NCBI GenBank assembly: GCA_965200965.1 | Contig: OZ241744.1 | Location: 704,001-768,000 of the forward strand | Length of the DNA: 64,000 nt | Direction: 5' to 3' | DNA from: an uncultured Candidatus Binatia bacterium | Lineage (GTDB): Bacteria > Desulfobacterota > Binatia > Bin18 | The notes under the pieces: generated by a model | What the model was told of the DNA's origin: nothing | The model's database searches: none | The model's input: the letters and a program-made list of their open reading frames with translations, nothing else | Shown here: piece by piece, positions 9,720 through 20,591 of the stretch | Position numbering within the stretch: the stretch's first letter is position 1 | Layout of the letters: every line of letters begins with the position of its first letter | Made by a program: the position numbers and the translations under genes

Positions 9720-10094
9720 TCAGAGCTTGTAGCGGCGGGTCAGGTAATAGTGAATGAGTTCCTGTTCATCTGCCTTGTCGGCGCAATCAACACTCCGACT
9801 CCCCGGACACAACACCTCGATATGCTCGTCGTCCGGCGTGCCCGGCTTGGTTTCCGCGTCACGGGCTTCAAGGCTGTTCTTCAGGCTTTGGGCGCGCGCC
9901 CGGTCCACTTCGCCTCTCTGGATGGGGCAGGAGGGACACACCAGCTTTTTGAATGTCAGCGCTTTGCCCCGAGAGTAGGCGTCTCTAGGATTGATGCCCC
10001 CGCCGGCTGAGATGGAGCCGGGGGCCGACACCGGTACCTGCCAGATGCCCCCGGCCAGCAGCAAGGCCAGCAAAGCGAGCAGGTATTGTGTCAT
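9720..10094 (-). CDS. Secreted four-cysteine hypothetical protein with cytochrome-c-like pattern but no axial His
   Basis: Signal peptide, RBS AGGAGGGAG; RGKAL...CPSCP and C-terminal ELIHYYL. Confidence 0.7.
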   Translation of the reverse strand: MTQYLLALLALLLAGGIWQVPVSAPGSISAGGGINPRDAYSRGKALTFKKLVCPSCPIQRGEVDRARAQSLKNSLEARDAETKPGTPDDEHIEVLCPGSRSVDCADKADEQELIHYYLTRRYKL

Positions 10095-10244
10095 GGTTCT
10101 CCCTCCTGCGAAGTGGTCTCACATGCTCTTCACCCATCCTACACCCCTACTGAACGCTGGGCAAGCCCCCTGCTATTCCCCGATGGGCCTTGCCTCAGAC
10201 CCGGGATGCGGTTATGAGGGAGGAAGGTGTCTTAAGGAGGACGT

Positions 10245-11318
10245 ATGAAAGCTGGCGTGTTTATGATGCCCTCGCATCCCCCCGAGAGAAGTTTCTACGA
10301 CGGCCACCAGTGGGACCTTGACCATCTGGAGTTGGTTGACCAATTAGGCTTTCACGAAGCCTGGATGGGCGAACATTTTACCGCTCCGTGGGAGCCGAAC
10401 CCCGCCCCCGATCTGCTGATTGCTCAAGGTCTGCAACGCACCCGGCACATCAAGCTGTGCCCGGGTGCCCACCTGCTGCCCTATCACCATCCGGCCGAGC
10501 TGGCCCACCGGGTCGCCTTTATGGACCACATCGCCCAAGGGCGTTTCATGTTCGGGGTGGGGACGAGCGGGCTGCCTAGCGACTGGAAACTGTTCAACGT
10601 TGATGGGGCCGGCGGAGAGAACCGGCGCATGACCAAAGAAGCCCTGGATATTATTCTCAAGCTGTGGGAGAGCGAAGAGCCGTTTGCGTTTGAGGGCGAG
10701 TACTGGACGGTCAACCGGATTGACACCATGCTCGACACGCTCAAGTTCCACATCAAGCCCTTTCAGCAGCCCCATCCCCCGATTGGGATTGCCGGTCTGA
10801 CCCCCGGCTCAGATACCCTCAAGATGTGTGGCGCGAGCGGTTTTATGCCGATGAGCGTCGCCCTCAGCAACGGCTATCTCAAAACCCACTGGGAGGCAGT
10901 GGTTGAGGGAGCGGAGTCCGCCGGCCGCACCCCGTCCCGCGGCGACTGGCGCGTATCGCGCGAGGTGTATATTGCCGAAACCGATACACAAGCCAAGGAC
11001 AAGGCGATTAGCGGTATGTTGGGCCGCGCCTACGGCGAGTATCTGCTGCCGCTGTTCAAGTCCTTCGGTATGCTCAGCCTGTTCAAACACCACCCCGAAG
11101 TGCCGGACTCCGATGTCACCTTGGAATACCTGGCCGACTATGTGTGGCTGGTCGGCTCGCCCCGGACAGTCACCGACAAGCTGGGGGCGATGGTCGAAGA
11201 CACCGGCGGCTTTGGTTGTCTGCTGGTCCTGACCTTTGACCAATTGGAGAACCGGCAGGGTTGGGCCGACTCGCAGCGTATGCTGATGGAAGAAGTCATG
11301 CCCCATTTTCCGGACTGA
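10245..11318 (+). CDS. LLM-class flavin-dependent monooxygenase
   Basis: GFHEAWMGEH, HHPAELAHRVA, KPFQQPHPP, VGSP motifs; RBS AAGGAGG. Confidence 0.9.
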   Translation: MKAGVFMMPSHPPERSFYDGHQWDLDHLELVDQLGFHEAWMGEHFTAPWEPNPAPDLLIAQGLQRTRHIKLCPGAHLLPYHHPAELAHRVAFMDHIAQGRFMFGVGTSGLPSDWKLFNVDGAGGENRRMTKEALDIILKLWESEEPFAFEGEYWTVNRIDTMLDTLKFHIKPFQQPHPPIGIAGLTPGSDTLKMCGASGFMPMSVALSNGYLKTHWEAVVEGAESAGRTPSRGDWRVSREVYIAETDTQAKDKAISGMLGRAYGEYLLPLFKSFGMLSLFKHHPEVPDSDVTLEYLADYVWLVGSPRTVTDKLGAMVEDTGGFGCLLVLTFDQLENRQGWADSQRMLMEEVMPHFPD

Positions 11319-11402
11319 CCGGGCGGGACGGCACGAGCCGCGGGAGGTTAGCTTGGCCTGCCGCTTTGCTGTTCAGGGGCCAACTGGGGAGGCTGAACAG
11401 GG

Positions 11403-11780
11403 CTTCACGATTGCAGAGGGAATGTTCGGGCTGAGCGGATTGACCGTCAGTTTTTACTCCCGCGGATGAATCACCAAGTCCATATCCTCCAGCGGGATGG
11501 CTCCCCTCAGGATACTATCCCCCAGAACGAGCGCGCCGGTAAAACACGTCCGATTCTCAAACCGCACCTGAATGGGACCAACATAGGGAACGAGCAGAGA
11601 CCGCCCGTCCGCGGCCGTCACTTGGCGTTGTTCAATGGCAGAGAGTTTCAGTTGGACGGAAATGTGATCGGGAATGCGTAGCGTCACCGCGTCCGTATCG
11701 ACAAGGGCGGTCACTTCAAGCGCCTGAAGCGCAGTGCCACGAGGATTCGACAGTTGGGTAGCGGCGTGGACAAGTCCCGT
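11403..11780 (-). pseudogene. Clan AA aspartic protease (AF_0612-like) pseudogene
   Basis: ACG in place of ATG at (M)GLVHA; ALVDTDA in place of DTG; premature TAA at 11454-11456 followed in frame by KLTVNPLSPNIPSAIVK. Confidence 0.8.
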
Positions 11781-11803
11781 GCTTTGACTATGCGGAAAAA
11801 TCG

Positions 11804-12480
11804 TCACAGATTCCCACTGACCTCTTGTGTACGCGAACCGAATACTTCTCCAGCACGCTTCAAGAACCACTTCTCGACTTCCGAAAACTGTGGATGGTCT
11901 GTCCAATTGTCCGTATCTCCTGTCCAGAGATAGCCGTGGCGACAGAAGTAGATCCCCAACTTCTTGATCTCTGGAAAATGAGGGTCGCTACGCTGCTGAT
12001 TTCGGGCGATCAAAAAATAGCCGAGAAGTTGGTCTAAGCTGCGCACATTCATTGCGTTTTTCTTGGCTGTTTTGAAGTCAACAATCATGTCTCCGGCGAT
12101 GAGGTCCGCGCCACCGACAAGGCTCAATGCCTCTCAGAAGGTGGGTCACCTGTTCGTGGAGCAGGGCGTCGAATGGCACAATAGCCACCAGAGCCAGTAG
12201 GTCTTGGATGTCTGCTGGATCGACAGTCTCGAACTGTGGATCCAGCTAGTGAGCGCGCTAGACGGAGTCCAATTGAGCGAGTCGGAGCGCGTAGCCATCG
12301 ATTTCTTCTTTTTGGGTGCTGCTCGGCCTCTTGCTCTTCAGGTAAGTCGCAACAGATCTCTTCGCTTCCTCGACAATACTGCGAACACGTTGTGCTGATT
12401 CGTGGACGTCTTCGTAAATGTCCTGGTCTGCAACATCTTCAGATGTGTAGCTTCAAGTACTTATCCATGCCTGGACTGAT
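11804..12480 (-). pseudogene. Disrupted PD-(D/E)xK nuclease-like gene
   Basis: GGADLI...IVDFKT...LDQLLGY nuclease motif in 11804-12127; upstream part broken by stops/frameshifts; AT-richer than flanks. Confidence 0.55.
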
Positions 12481-12526
12481 GAGCGTTCAACTCTTGTATC
12501 AGGGACTCTAATCGCTAACCATTATT

Positions 12527-13120
12527 CTACAGCATCCCTTTGGTCGATAGTATCCCTTTGACCCGCGGGTCATGCGCGACCGCGCTGCCTAGCGCCCGGG
12601 CGAATGCCTTGAAGCCGGCTTCGATGATGTGATGCGGGTTGCGACCCTGACTCATGTTGAGGTGGAGGTTCATGCCGAGCTGGTTGCTGAAGGCCAGGAA
12701 AAAGTCGTGGACCAGTTCGGTCGCAAATGTGCCGATCCGTTCCTGCCGGACGCGCAGATTATAGGCCAGAAAGGGCCGCCCGCTGAGGTCGACGACACAG
12801 TTCACCAGGGCTTCGTCGAGCGGTACGCTGGCTTCACCAAAGCGGCGGATGCCACGCTTATCACCCAACGCGGCGCGAAAGGCTTCGCCCAACGCCAGCC
12901 CGACATCTTCAACCGTGTGATGGTCGTCAACCTCAATGTCGCCGGTGGCCTCAAGACTGAGATCAAAGAAGCCGTGCCGGCTGAACAACTCCAGCATGTG
13001 GCTGAGAAAGGGCACGCCGGTGGTGACCTGGTACTGGCCGCTGCCATCAAGCTCAAGACTGAGCCGAATGTCGGTTTCGTGTGTTTTGCGGTGCAGGCTT
13101 GCGCTGCGCTGGGCTGTCAT
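12527..13120 (-). CDS. hisB: Imidazoleglycerol-phosphate dehydratase
   Basis: DDHHTVEDVG and NPHHIIEA signatures; STKG.L C-terminus. Confidence 0.97.
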   Translation of the reverse strand: MTAQRSASLHRKTHETDIRLSLELDGSGQYQVTTGVPFLSHMLELFSRHGFFDLSLEATGDIEVDDHHTVEDVGLALGEAFRAALGDKRGIRRFGEASVPLDEALVNCVVDLSGRPFLAYNLRVRQERIGTFATELVHDFFLAFSNQLGMNLHLNMSQGRNPHHIIEAGFKAFARALGSAVAHDPRVKGILSTKGML

Positions 13121-14426
13121 GCTGGCCTCCCTTGAGACGCTGGGCAACGGCCCGACCGTGGGCCTCGAGGCCCTCCATTGCGGCTAGGCGCATGATGTGC
13201 GGGCCAAGGGCACGCAGGGCCGGGGCCGACGCCTCGATAATACTGGTCCGTTTGAGAAAATCGTATACCCCGAGCGGTGAGGAAAACCGCGCTGTTCCTC
13301 CGGTCGGCAGGATGTGGTTCGGCCCGGCCATATAGTCGCCAAAGGGCTCGGTGGACAGAGCGCCCACAAAGATCGCCCCGGCGTGGCGGATATCGCTCAG
13401 CCATGAGCGCGGATTTTTGACCAGCAACTCAAGGTGTTCCGGGGCCAGGGCGTTGGCCAGCCGTACAACCTCGGCCCGGTCGCGGGCAACGATCACCGCC
13501 CCGTAGCGATTGAGTGAGGCCGCGGCAATCGTACGCCGGCTGAGCGTGGCCAACTGGCCTTTGAGGGCCTCAACGACCGCGGTAGCCAGCCGTTTTGAGG
13601 TGGTCAGACACACGGGGGCGGCCATTTCGTCGTGCTCGGCCTGGGACAGCATGTCGGCCGCCACATAGCTGGCCGGAGCCGTGCTGTCGGCAATCACCAG
13701 AATCTCACTCGGACCGGCCACGCTGTCAATATCAACCTGACCGTAGACGAGGCGCTTGGCTGTAGCGACAAAGATATTGCCCGGCCCGACAATTTTATCT
13801 ACACGCGGCACAGTCTGGGTCCCGTAGGCCAAGGCGGCAATGGCTTGAGCACCACCCAGCCGAAACACCGTGTCGGCCCCGGCTAGGCGGGCCGCGGCCA
13901 GCACAGGCGAGCCGGCCTGCTCGCCGTCTGCTGACGGTGGGGAGACCACCACGATGTCTTCTACGCCGGCGACTTTGGCCGGGATGACGTTCATCAGCAC
14001 CGAAGACGGATAGGCGGCTTTGCCGCCCGGGACGTACACGCCAACTCGCTCCAGGGGGGTGATTTGCTGGCCTAGGCTGACGCCTAGCCGATCTGTATAG
14101 CGCCATGAGGACTGGCGCTGTTTGCGGTGAAAAGCGCTAATCCGCTTGGCCGCGGTCTGCAAGGCGGTCCGTTCGGCTTTTGGCAGGCCGGCCAGGGCCG
14201 CGTCAAGCTCTTGGTCGGTGACGCGCAACGTGTCGAGGCTCAGGCGGACCCGGTCGAATTTTTTGGTGGCGGCGAGCAGCGCCCGGTCGCCCCGGCGTTT
14301 GACATCGCGCACAATCGCCCGGACTGTGGCTTCAACCCGCTCGCCGGCCTGCTCAGCCCGGCTGAACAGCTGCTCTAGCCGGCGGGCGCAGGCCGGGTCT
14401 GAGGTGCTGAGCAGGGGAACGGTCAT
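13053..14426 (-). CDS. hisD: Histidinol dehydrogenase
   Basis: YVPGGKAAYPSS, IDSVAGPSE, SQAEHD, APEHLE, GPNHILPT. Confidence 0.97.
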   Translation of the reverse strand: MTVPLLSTSDPACARRLEQLFSRAEQAGERVEATVRAIVRDVKRRGDRALLAATKKFDRVRLSLDTLRVTDQELDAALAGLPKAERTALQTAAKRISAFHRKQRQSSWRYTDRLGVSLGQQITPLERVGVYVPGGKAAYPSSVLMNVIPAKVAGVEDIVVVSPPSADGEQAGSPVLAAARLAGADTVFRLGGAQAIAALAYGTQTVPRVDKIVGPGNIFVATAKRLVYGQVDIDSVAGPSEILVIADSTAPASYVAADMLSQAEHDEMAAPVCLTTSKRLATAVVEALKGQLATLSRRTIAAASLNRYGAVIVARDRAEVVRLANALAPEHLELLVKNPRSWLSDIRHAGAIFVGALSTEPFGDYMAGPNHILPTGGTARFSSPLGVYDFLKRTSIIEASAPALRALGPHIMRLAAMEGLEAHGRAVAQRLKGGQHDSPAQRKPAPQNTRNRHSAQS

Positions 14427-15715
14427 GCACGGCTCCGTTGTTCGTCCGCGGGGTCTTTGGCGGCCGTCACCCGCCGGATATCCGCCCCCAGTTGCGAGAG
14501 TTTTTCTTCGATGCGCTCATAGCCCCGGTCCAGGTGGTAGACGCGCGAGACCTTTGTCTTTCCCCGTGCTGCCAAGCCGGCCAGGATGAGGGACACGCTG
14601 GCCCGCAGATCGGTTGCCATGACCGGCGCACCGCTCAGAAAAGCGACGCCGTTGACCGCCGCGGTGTTGTGGCGGGTGTGGATGTCGGCCCCGAAACGGG
14701 CCAGCTCCTGGACATGCATAAAGCGATTCTCAAACACGGTCTCGGTAATCAGGCTGCGGCCGTCGCCAAGCGTGAGGAGGGCCATCATCTGGGCCTGCAA
14801 GTCGGTTGGGAAGCCGGGGTAAGGCCAGGTGATGACATCGATCCGGCTCGGCCGACTGGCCCCACTGACCGTGATGCCGTCGGTCTCGACTTCCAGCCCT
14901 ATCCCGGCCGTGCGGAGTTTTTGCAGAAAGGCGTCCAGGTGATCGGCCCGTGCCCCACGCACAAACACTTGGCCCGAGGTCATGGCCCCGGCAATCAGAA
15001 AGGTGCCGGCCTCGACCCGGTCAGGGATGACCTCGCGCTCGGCACCGTGCAGACGGGGTACGCCCTCAATCCGAATGACCGGCCCGCCGGCCCCGCTGAC
15101 CCGAGCGCCCATTGCGTTCAGCAGCGCTTGCAGTTCGACAATTTCAGGCTCACGGGCGGCGTTTTCAATCTGGCTTGGGCCGTCGGCCAAGCTGGCCGCC
15201 ATCATCAGATTTTCGGTAGCCCCCACAGACGGAAAATCCAGGCTGATCCGGCCGCCGCACAGCCGGCTGGCCGTGGCCTCAATATAGCCTTCTTGCAGAC
15301 GGATCGCGGCACCGAGTTGTTGCAGGCCGGTCAGATGGATATCGACCGGCCGGGTGCCAATCGCGCAACCGCCGGGGGTCGAAACTCTGGCTCGGCCAAA
15401 ACGCGCCAGAAGCGGCCCTAAGACCAAAAAAGAGGCGCGCATGGTCTTGACCAGCTCATACGGGGCTTCGAGGTGGCGAACCGATTGCGCATTCAGCCCG
15501 ACCTCGCCCGCGCCTCGCCAATCTACCTTGACCCCCAACTCGGTCAGGAGGCGCAGGGTGGTCTGAATATCGACCACCCGGGGTATGTTGGTGAAGCGGC
15601 ACTCTTCTTCGGTGAGCAGGCTGGCAAAGAAGAAGGGCAGGGCCGCATTTTTGGCTCCGCTGACCTCAATCTCTCCGTGGAGCGGCCGACCTCCGCGTAT
15701 GACTATCGTCTCCAT
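14423..15715 (-). CDS. murA: UDP-N-acetylglucosamine 1-carboxyvinyltransferase
   Basis: GAKNA, PGGCAIG.RP, PGFPTDLQ, TDLRA, LDRGYE. Confidence 0.97.
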   Translation of the reverse strand: METIVIRGGRPLHGEIEVSGAKNAALPFFFASLLTEEECRFTNIPRVVDIQTTLRLLTELGVKVDWRGAGEVGLNAQSVRHLEAPYELVKTMRASFLVLGPLLARFGRARVSTPGGCAIGTRPVDIHLTGLQQLGAAIRLQEGYIEATASRLCGGRISLDFPSVGATENLMMAASLADGPSQIENAAREPEIVELQALLNAMGARVSGAGGPVIRIEGVPRLHGAEREVIPDRVEAGTFLIAGAMTSGQVFVRGARADHLDAFLQKLRTAGIGLEVETDGITVSGASRPSRIDVITWPYPGFPTDLQAQMMALLTLGDGRSLITETVFENRFMHVQELARFGADIHTRHNTAAVNGVAFLSGAPVMATDLRASVSLILAGLAARGKTKVSRVYHLDRGYERIEEKLSQLGADIRRVTAAKDPADEQRSRA

Positions 15716-15730
15716 ATCCTCATCCTCCCC

Positions 15731-16615
15731 TCATCTCTCGCCCTGTCGGCGGGCGGCGACAACGCGCGGCCAGCCGCCGTAATCGTAGCTGAGCCGGCAG
15801 GCACCGAGACCGCCTTGGCTCCTGGCCATGCGCAGGACGGCCTCGCTCTGGCTGGCACCGACCTCCATGACCAGCCATCCGCCCCGCCGCAGTCGTCCCG
15901 GACAGTCTTGCAGCAAGCTGCGGTAAAAATTCAGCCCATCCCTCCCGCCGTTGAGCGCTAGGCGGGGTTCCCAGTCGCGGACTTCGGCCTGAAGGCTGAC
16001 GAAGTCAGGCTCGGCAATATAGGGAGGGTTGGTGACAATCAGGTCAAAGCCGGACAGGGTGGCCGGCCACTCCCGCATATCGGTCCGTATAAACGTGATC
16101 CGGTCGGCCACCCCATGCCGGACGGCATTGGCGCGGGCGACCGCCAGAGCCTCGGCAGATACATCACAGGCCCACACTTGGGCCTGTGGCAGTTCAAGGG
16201 CCAGCGCAGCCGCAATACACGCGCTACCGGTGCCCAGGTCAAGTATCCGCGGCGCGGCCGGAGAGCCGAGCGCGTCCAGGGCGACCTCAACCACCCGCTC
16301 GGTCTCGGGACGCGGAATAAGCACATGGCGGTTAACGCTGAAATCGAGCGACCAGAACTCCTGAACACCGGTAATATACGGCACGGGCTCGCGTCGGGCG
16401 CGACGTCTGAGTGTCTGCCAGAAGACAGCCCGGGGGTGAGGAGCGAGCTCGGCGCGCAACCGCGCGTACATCTCTGTTTTGCTTCCGCCTATGGCATGGG
16501 CCAGCAACACCTCGGCGTCGAGGCGTGGGCTTGGAACGTGATGCTCGGCCAGGAAGGTGGTCGCCTCCGACAGGAGGCCGGCCAGGGAAAAAGCCCGGGG
16601 GGGTGTTGCTGGCAT
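15731..16615 (-). CDS. prmC: Release factor glutamine methyltransferase
   Basis: LIPRPETE, LDLGTGS, NPPY; follows prfA. Confidence 0.95.
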   Translation of the reverse strand: MPATPPRAFSLAGLLSEATTFLAEHHVPSPRLDAEVLLAHAIGGSKTEMYARLRAELAPHPRAVFWQTLRRRARREPVPYITGVQEFWSLDFSVNRHVLIPRPETERVVEVALDALGSPAAPRILDLGTGSACIAAALALELPQAQVWACDVSAEALAVARANAVRHGVADRITFIRTDMREWPATLSGFDLIVTNPPYIAEPDFVSLQAEVRDWEPRLALNGGRDGLNFYRSLLQDCPGRLRRGGWLVMEVGASQSEAVLRMARSQGGLGACRLSYDYGGWPRVVAARRQGER

Positions 16616-16628
16616 GGGGCGGAGCGTT

Positions 16629-17711
16629 TTAGCTGACGGCTTTGAGGGCCTCGGCTTGGTGGGACGTTGTGAGCGCATCCACGACCGGGTCGAGCTCGCC
16701 TGCCAAGACGCGCTCAAGAGTGTGCAGGGTCAGGTTGATCCGGTGATCGGTCAGCCGTGACTGCGGAAAATTGTATGTCCGAATCCGCTCTGAACGATCG
16801 CCCGAGCCGACCATGCTGCGACGGGAGGCGGCGATCTCCTGGTGCTGCTCTTCGCGGGCTTTTTCCAGCAGCCGCGAGCGCAGGATTTTGAGCGCCTTGG
16901 CTTTGTTTTTGTGTTGGGATTTTTCGTCCTGACAGATCACCACCGAGTTGGTGGGCAGGTGGGTGATGCGGACGGCCGAATCGGTGGTGTTGACGCTCTG
17001 ACCGCCCGGCCCGGAGGACCGATACACGTCAATCCGGAGGTCTTTTTCATCAAGGTGAACATCAACATCCTCGGCCTCGGGCAGGACGGCCACCGTCACC
17101 GCTGAGGTATGAATCCGGCCCGAAGCTTCTGTTTCTGGAATACGCTGGACGCGATGCACCCCGCCCTCAAATTTCAGCCGACTATAGGCTCCGTCGCCCT
17201 CAATCAGGGTGACGATTTCCTTAAACCCACCTAGACCGGTCGGGTTTGAACTCATTACCTCCATCCGCCAGTTTTTTTGCTCGGCGTAGCGGGTATACAT
17301 CCGACACAGGTCTGCGGCAAACAAACTCGCCTCTTCGCCACCGGTCCCGGCTCGGATTTCCAACAGCACATTTTTTTCATCCAGCAGATCTTTGGGCAGC
17401 AGCAGGATGCGCAGATGGCGCTCGAGGTCGGCCCGCTGCTGGCGCAGTGCGGCCAACTCTTCTCGGGCCAAATCCCGGACATCTGGGTCGCTGTCGTCAA
17501 GCAGACCTTGGCTGTCGTGTATCTCTTGGGCTGTTTTGCGCCACTGGCGAAAACACGTCACTACCCGTCCCAAGTCGGCGTGTTCCTTGGCCAGCTTGGC
17601 GTATTCCTGGGTGTTGGCGATGACCTCGGCGGTGCTGAGTAGTTGCTCAAGCGTCTGATAGCGCCGTTCAAGCTCGGCTAATTTTTCACCTAAATTGTTT
17701 GCCTCGCTCAT
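16629..17711 (-). CDS. prfA: Peptide chain release factor 1
   Basis: PET recognition motif, [12 protein letters not shown]. Confidence 0.97.
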   Translation of the reverse strand: MSEANNLGEKLAELERRYQTLEQLLSTAEVIANTQEYAKLAKEHADLGRVVTCFRQWRKTAQEIHDSQGLLDDSDPDVRDLAREELAALRQQRADLERHLRILLLPKDLLDEKNVLLEIRAGTGGEEASLFAADLCRMYTRYAEQKNWRMEVMSSNPTGLGGFKEIVTLIEGDGAYSRLKFEGGVHRVQRIPETEASGRIHTSAVTVAVLPEAEDVDVHLDEKDLRIDVYRSSGPGGQSVNTTDSAVRITHLPTNSVVICQDEKSQHKNKAKALKILRSRLLEKAREEQHQEIAASRRSMVGSGDRSERIRTYNFPQSRLTDHRINLTLHTLERVLAGELDPVVDALTTSHQAEALKAVS

Positions 17712-17806
17712 ATGCCTCAGTTTTTCACCACGGTCCGATGGGGGGCGGACACGAGAAATCCCCACGAGGGCTGGCCTTGCAGGTTGTGTCGAACAGGAAG
17801 GGCAAG

Positions 17807-18076
17807 CTAGTCGTCGGCCGGTTCTTCCTGCTTGAGTCCGTAGCGGCGGCGGAAGCGTTCGACCCGCCCCGCGGTATCAACGATGCGCTGTTTGCCGGTG
17901 TAGAACGGATGCGACGCACTGGAGATATCAAGTTTATACAGCGGGTAGGTCTTGCCATCTTCCCATTCGATGCTATCGTGTGTCTCTACACATGAGCGGG
18001 TCAGAAAGGCGTACTCTGCCGATGCGTCTTGAAAAACGACCGGTCTGTATTCCTGTGGATGGGTATTCCGTTTCAT
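17807..18076 (-). CDS. rpmE2: 50S ribosomal protein L31 type B (Zn-independent)
   Basis: [31 protein letters not shown]; no CxxC pairs. Confidence 0.93.
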   Translation of the reverse strand: MKRNTHPQEYRPVVFQDASAEYAFLTRSCVETHDSIEWEDGKTYPLYKLDISSASHPFYTGKQRIVDTAGRVERFRRRYGLKQEEPADD

Positions 18077-18166
18077 GGCCAACCTCCATCTGACCACTCT
18101 TACCACCTCGCCCGGAAGCTGGCAACTGAAGGACGGCCCAGGCATGACACGGGAAGGAAAATCGGG

Positions 18167-18484
18167 ATGGCAAAAGTCTGGTTTGTCCGCCGGGAAAACC
18201 GCCCGCTGGCCTTAGGCGGCCGGGCGGCGTATGAGATGCCGTTTGAGGCGCTCGTCTGGCCCTTGGATATTGGGGTGCATCGCTTCCAGACAACGCAGCC
18301 GCCGGTTGTTGAGGCGGCCGCGGAGCCGCCCGATACGGCTGCGTTTGCCGCCCAGGATATGGTCTGGGTCGAACTCACCCCGGCCGAGTTGCTGTCCGGC
18401 TCAAGTTACCGGGCCGGCTTCTACTCCTCGCCGTATTCACCCCAGACCGCGATTGAGCGTTTGGGGAAGCCGTGGACGTCTTGA
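18167..18484 (+). CDS. Hypothetical protein
   Basis: ATG after purine-rich RBS; fills the gap between rpmE2 and frc; no family recognised. Confidence 0.55.
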   Translation: MAKVWFVRRENRPLALGGRAAYEMPFEALVWPLDIGVHRFQTTQPPVVEAAAEPPDTAAFAAQDMVWVELTPAELLSGSSYRAGFYSSPYSPQTAIERLGKPWTS

Positions 18485-18523
18485 ATCGCGGTTGAGACCC
18501 ATTGCCCGCTCAGGAAGCGCTCT

Positions 18524-19765
18524 TCAGATTGCGCCCTCGGCCCGCGCCTCCTCAATATCCTTGTCCCCGTACCCGATACACTCCCTCAGGATTTCCTCGG
18601 TATGCTCGCCAAGCTGCGGCGAGGTTTTCACCTCGACCGGTGAATCGGAGAGTTGGAACGGGCAGCCGACGGTTTTGAATGTTCCGCGTTGCGGATGTTT
18701 GACCTCGGCCATAATGCCGCGGGCGGCCAGCGACTCATCCTCTATCAACTCTCTTGTGTCGAGGACCGGGCCGCAGGGAACGTTGACCTTGTTGAGGAGC
18801 GTCATGGCCTCGTACTTGGTGTGTTGGCGTGTCCACTCCTCAACAATACTGAAACACTCTTCAAGGTGTGAAAGGCGGGCCTCTGGCGTAGCGTAATCTG
18901 GATGGTCAACAAGCTGTGTGCGGCCGATGAGCTTCATCAACGACTCCCAGACCTGGGCCTGGATGACTACATAGATGTAGTCGTTGGGACCACCGGGCTT
19001 ACATTTGAGGGCTTTGCCCGGATGGCCTCCACCGGACGCGTTGCCGGAACGTGGCACCGCCGTGCCAAAGGGCTTGTGGGGGTATTGCGGGTATTCCTTC
19101 AAGGGGCCACGCCCGAGCCGCTGCTGGTCGCGCAGCTTGACCCGGCACAGGTTCAGCACGGCATCCTGCATGGCGACCTCGACCCGCTGGCCGCGTCCGG
19201 TTTTCTCCCGCTGAAAGAGAGCCGCCAGAATAGCCGCGACCAAGTGAATGCCGGTCCCCGAATCCCCAATCTGGGCACCCGTCGCGGTCGGCGGGCCATC
19301 GTCCCAGCCGGTTGTGCTCATGGCCCCACCCATGGCCTGGGCGATCGGCTCGTAGGCCTTGCAGTCCACGAACGGACCAGCACCGAACCCCTTGCCGGAG
19401 GCATAGATCAGGCGGGGGTTGATGGTCTGGATGAGATCCCAACTGAAGCCCTGTCTGTCCAGAGCACCGGGCGCAAAATTCTCCACCAGCACGTCACACA
19501 CTGCGATGAGTTTGCGGAAGATTGTCTGTCCCTTGTGGGTCTTGGTGTTGATGGTGATGCTGCGCTTGTTACAGTTGAGCATGGTGAAATACAGGCTGTC
19601 GACGTCGGGCAGGTCGCGGAGCTGCTGGCGGGTGATATCACCCCGGCCTGGCAGTTCAACCTTGATGACATCGGCCCCAAGCCAAGCCAGGAGCTGGGTT
19701 GCAGAAGGTCCCATCTGGACATGGGTCATGTCCAGCACGCGGATTCTGTTCAAGGCTTGTCCCAT
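18524..19765 (-). CDS. frc: Formyl-CoA transferase (family III CoA-transferase)
   Basis: [28 protein letters not shown] (catalytic Asp), GNASGGG loop. Confidence 0.9.
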   Translation of the reverse strand: MGQALNRIRVLDMTHVQMGPSATQLLAWLGADVIKVELPGRGDITRQQLRDLPDVDSLYFTMLNCNKRSITINTKTHKGQTIFRKLIAVCDVLVENFAPGALDRQGFSWDLIQTINPRLIYASGKGFGAGPFVDCKAYEPIAQAMGGAMSTTGWDDGPPTATGAQIGDSGTGIHLVAAILAALFQREKTGRGQRVEVAMQDAVLNLCRVKLRDQQRLGRGPLKEYPQYPHKPFGTAVPRSGNASGGGHPGKALKCKPGGPNDYIYVVIQAQVWESLMKLIGRTQLVDHPDYATPEARLSHLEECFSIVEEWTRQHTKYEAMTLLNKVNVPCGPVLDTRELIEDESLAARGIMAEVKHPQRGTFKTVGCPFQLSDSPVEVKTSPQLGEHTEEILRECIGYGDKDIEEARAEGAI

Positions 19766-19781
19766 GCTCTTTCTCTGTAGC

Positions 19782-20579
19782 TTACGATTGAAGAAAATCC
19801 TGGATCAGGCCCGAGACCCGCTGAAGCTGTTCCAGTTGGGGAAGGTGGGCAGCTTGCTCAACCATCTCGATCCGTGAGCCGGCGATCCGACTGCCAAACT
19901 CGTGGGCATACGCCGGGGGCACGAGCTTGTCCTCGCTGCCCCATACGATCAGCGTTGGCGACACAATCCGATGGATGCGTTTTGTGAGTCCCTTATCTGG
20001 GATCGGCCAGATGAACTTTCCGGTGCAGGCCAGGGCCCAGGTCACCCGAATCTGGGCGTCTTGGGCGGCCTGCTCATTTTCCGGTACGCTCAGCATTTGC
20101 TGCGCCAGTGGACCATTCTGATCGGAGAAGGCGGCTTTGACGACCTCTTCCAACGGCAGGATCATCCAGTTTTTGACCGGGATATCGTCTCGCCACAGCC
20201 CAATCGGACTTACCAGAACGAGTTTGCCGACGCGCTGCGGGTAATTCGCGGCGATCTCTGCCGCCACCATCCCGCCGAACGAGTGGCCGATGACGGCAGG
20301 ATTTTGCAGGCCGAGTTGCGCGAACAACTCGTCGTAATACAGCACCAGATCCCACACAGTATCCAAGGACTTAATCCCGTCTGGATCGCCCAAGGTCGTG
20401 CCAGGATGCTCGGGCGCATACACGGCAAAGTGCTCTGCCAAGGCATCCAGAAATGGGTCCCAGGTCAGCCCGTAGGCACCGTGCAGGAAGACCACCGGCG
20501 GGCCGCTGCCGGCGATCTGGACTTTGGGATTGATCTGGTTCTTCCAGACGCTGAGGGTGTGTTCCTGGACTGCCACCAT
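19782..20579 (-). CDS. Alpha/beta hydrolase
   Basis: FLHG, GHSFGG nucleophile elbow, WGSEDKL, AHLPQLE. Confidence 0.9.
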   Translation of the reverse strand: MVAVQEHTLSVWKNQINPKVQIAGSGPPVVFLHGAYGLTWDPFLDALAEHFAVYAPEHPGTTLGDPDGIKSLDTVWDLVLYYDELFAQLGLQNPAVIGHSFGGMVAAEIAANYPQRVGKLVLVSPIGLWRDDIPVKNWMILPLEEVVKAAFSDQNGPLAQQMLSVPENEQAAQDAQIRVTWALACTGKFIWPIPDKGLTKRIHRIVSPTLIVWGSEDKLVPPAYAHEFGSRIAGSRIEMVEQAAHLPQLEQLQRVSGLIQDFLQS

Positions 20580-20591
20580 GTGTCGGCCTCC

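Noticed and set aside
11369-11401. Inverted repeat CTGTTCAG/CTGAACAG as a terminator
   Set aside because: Long loop and no U-tract; too weak to call
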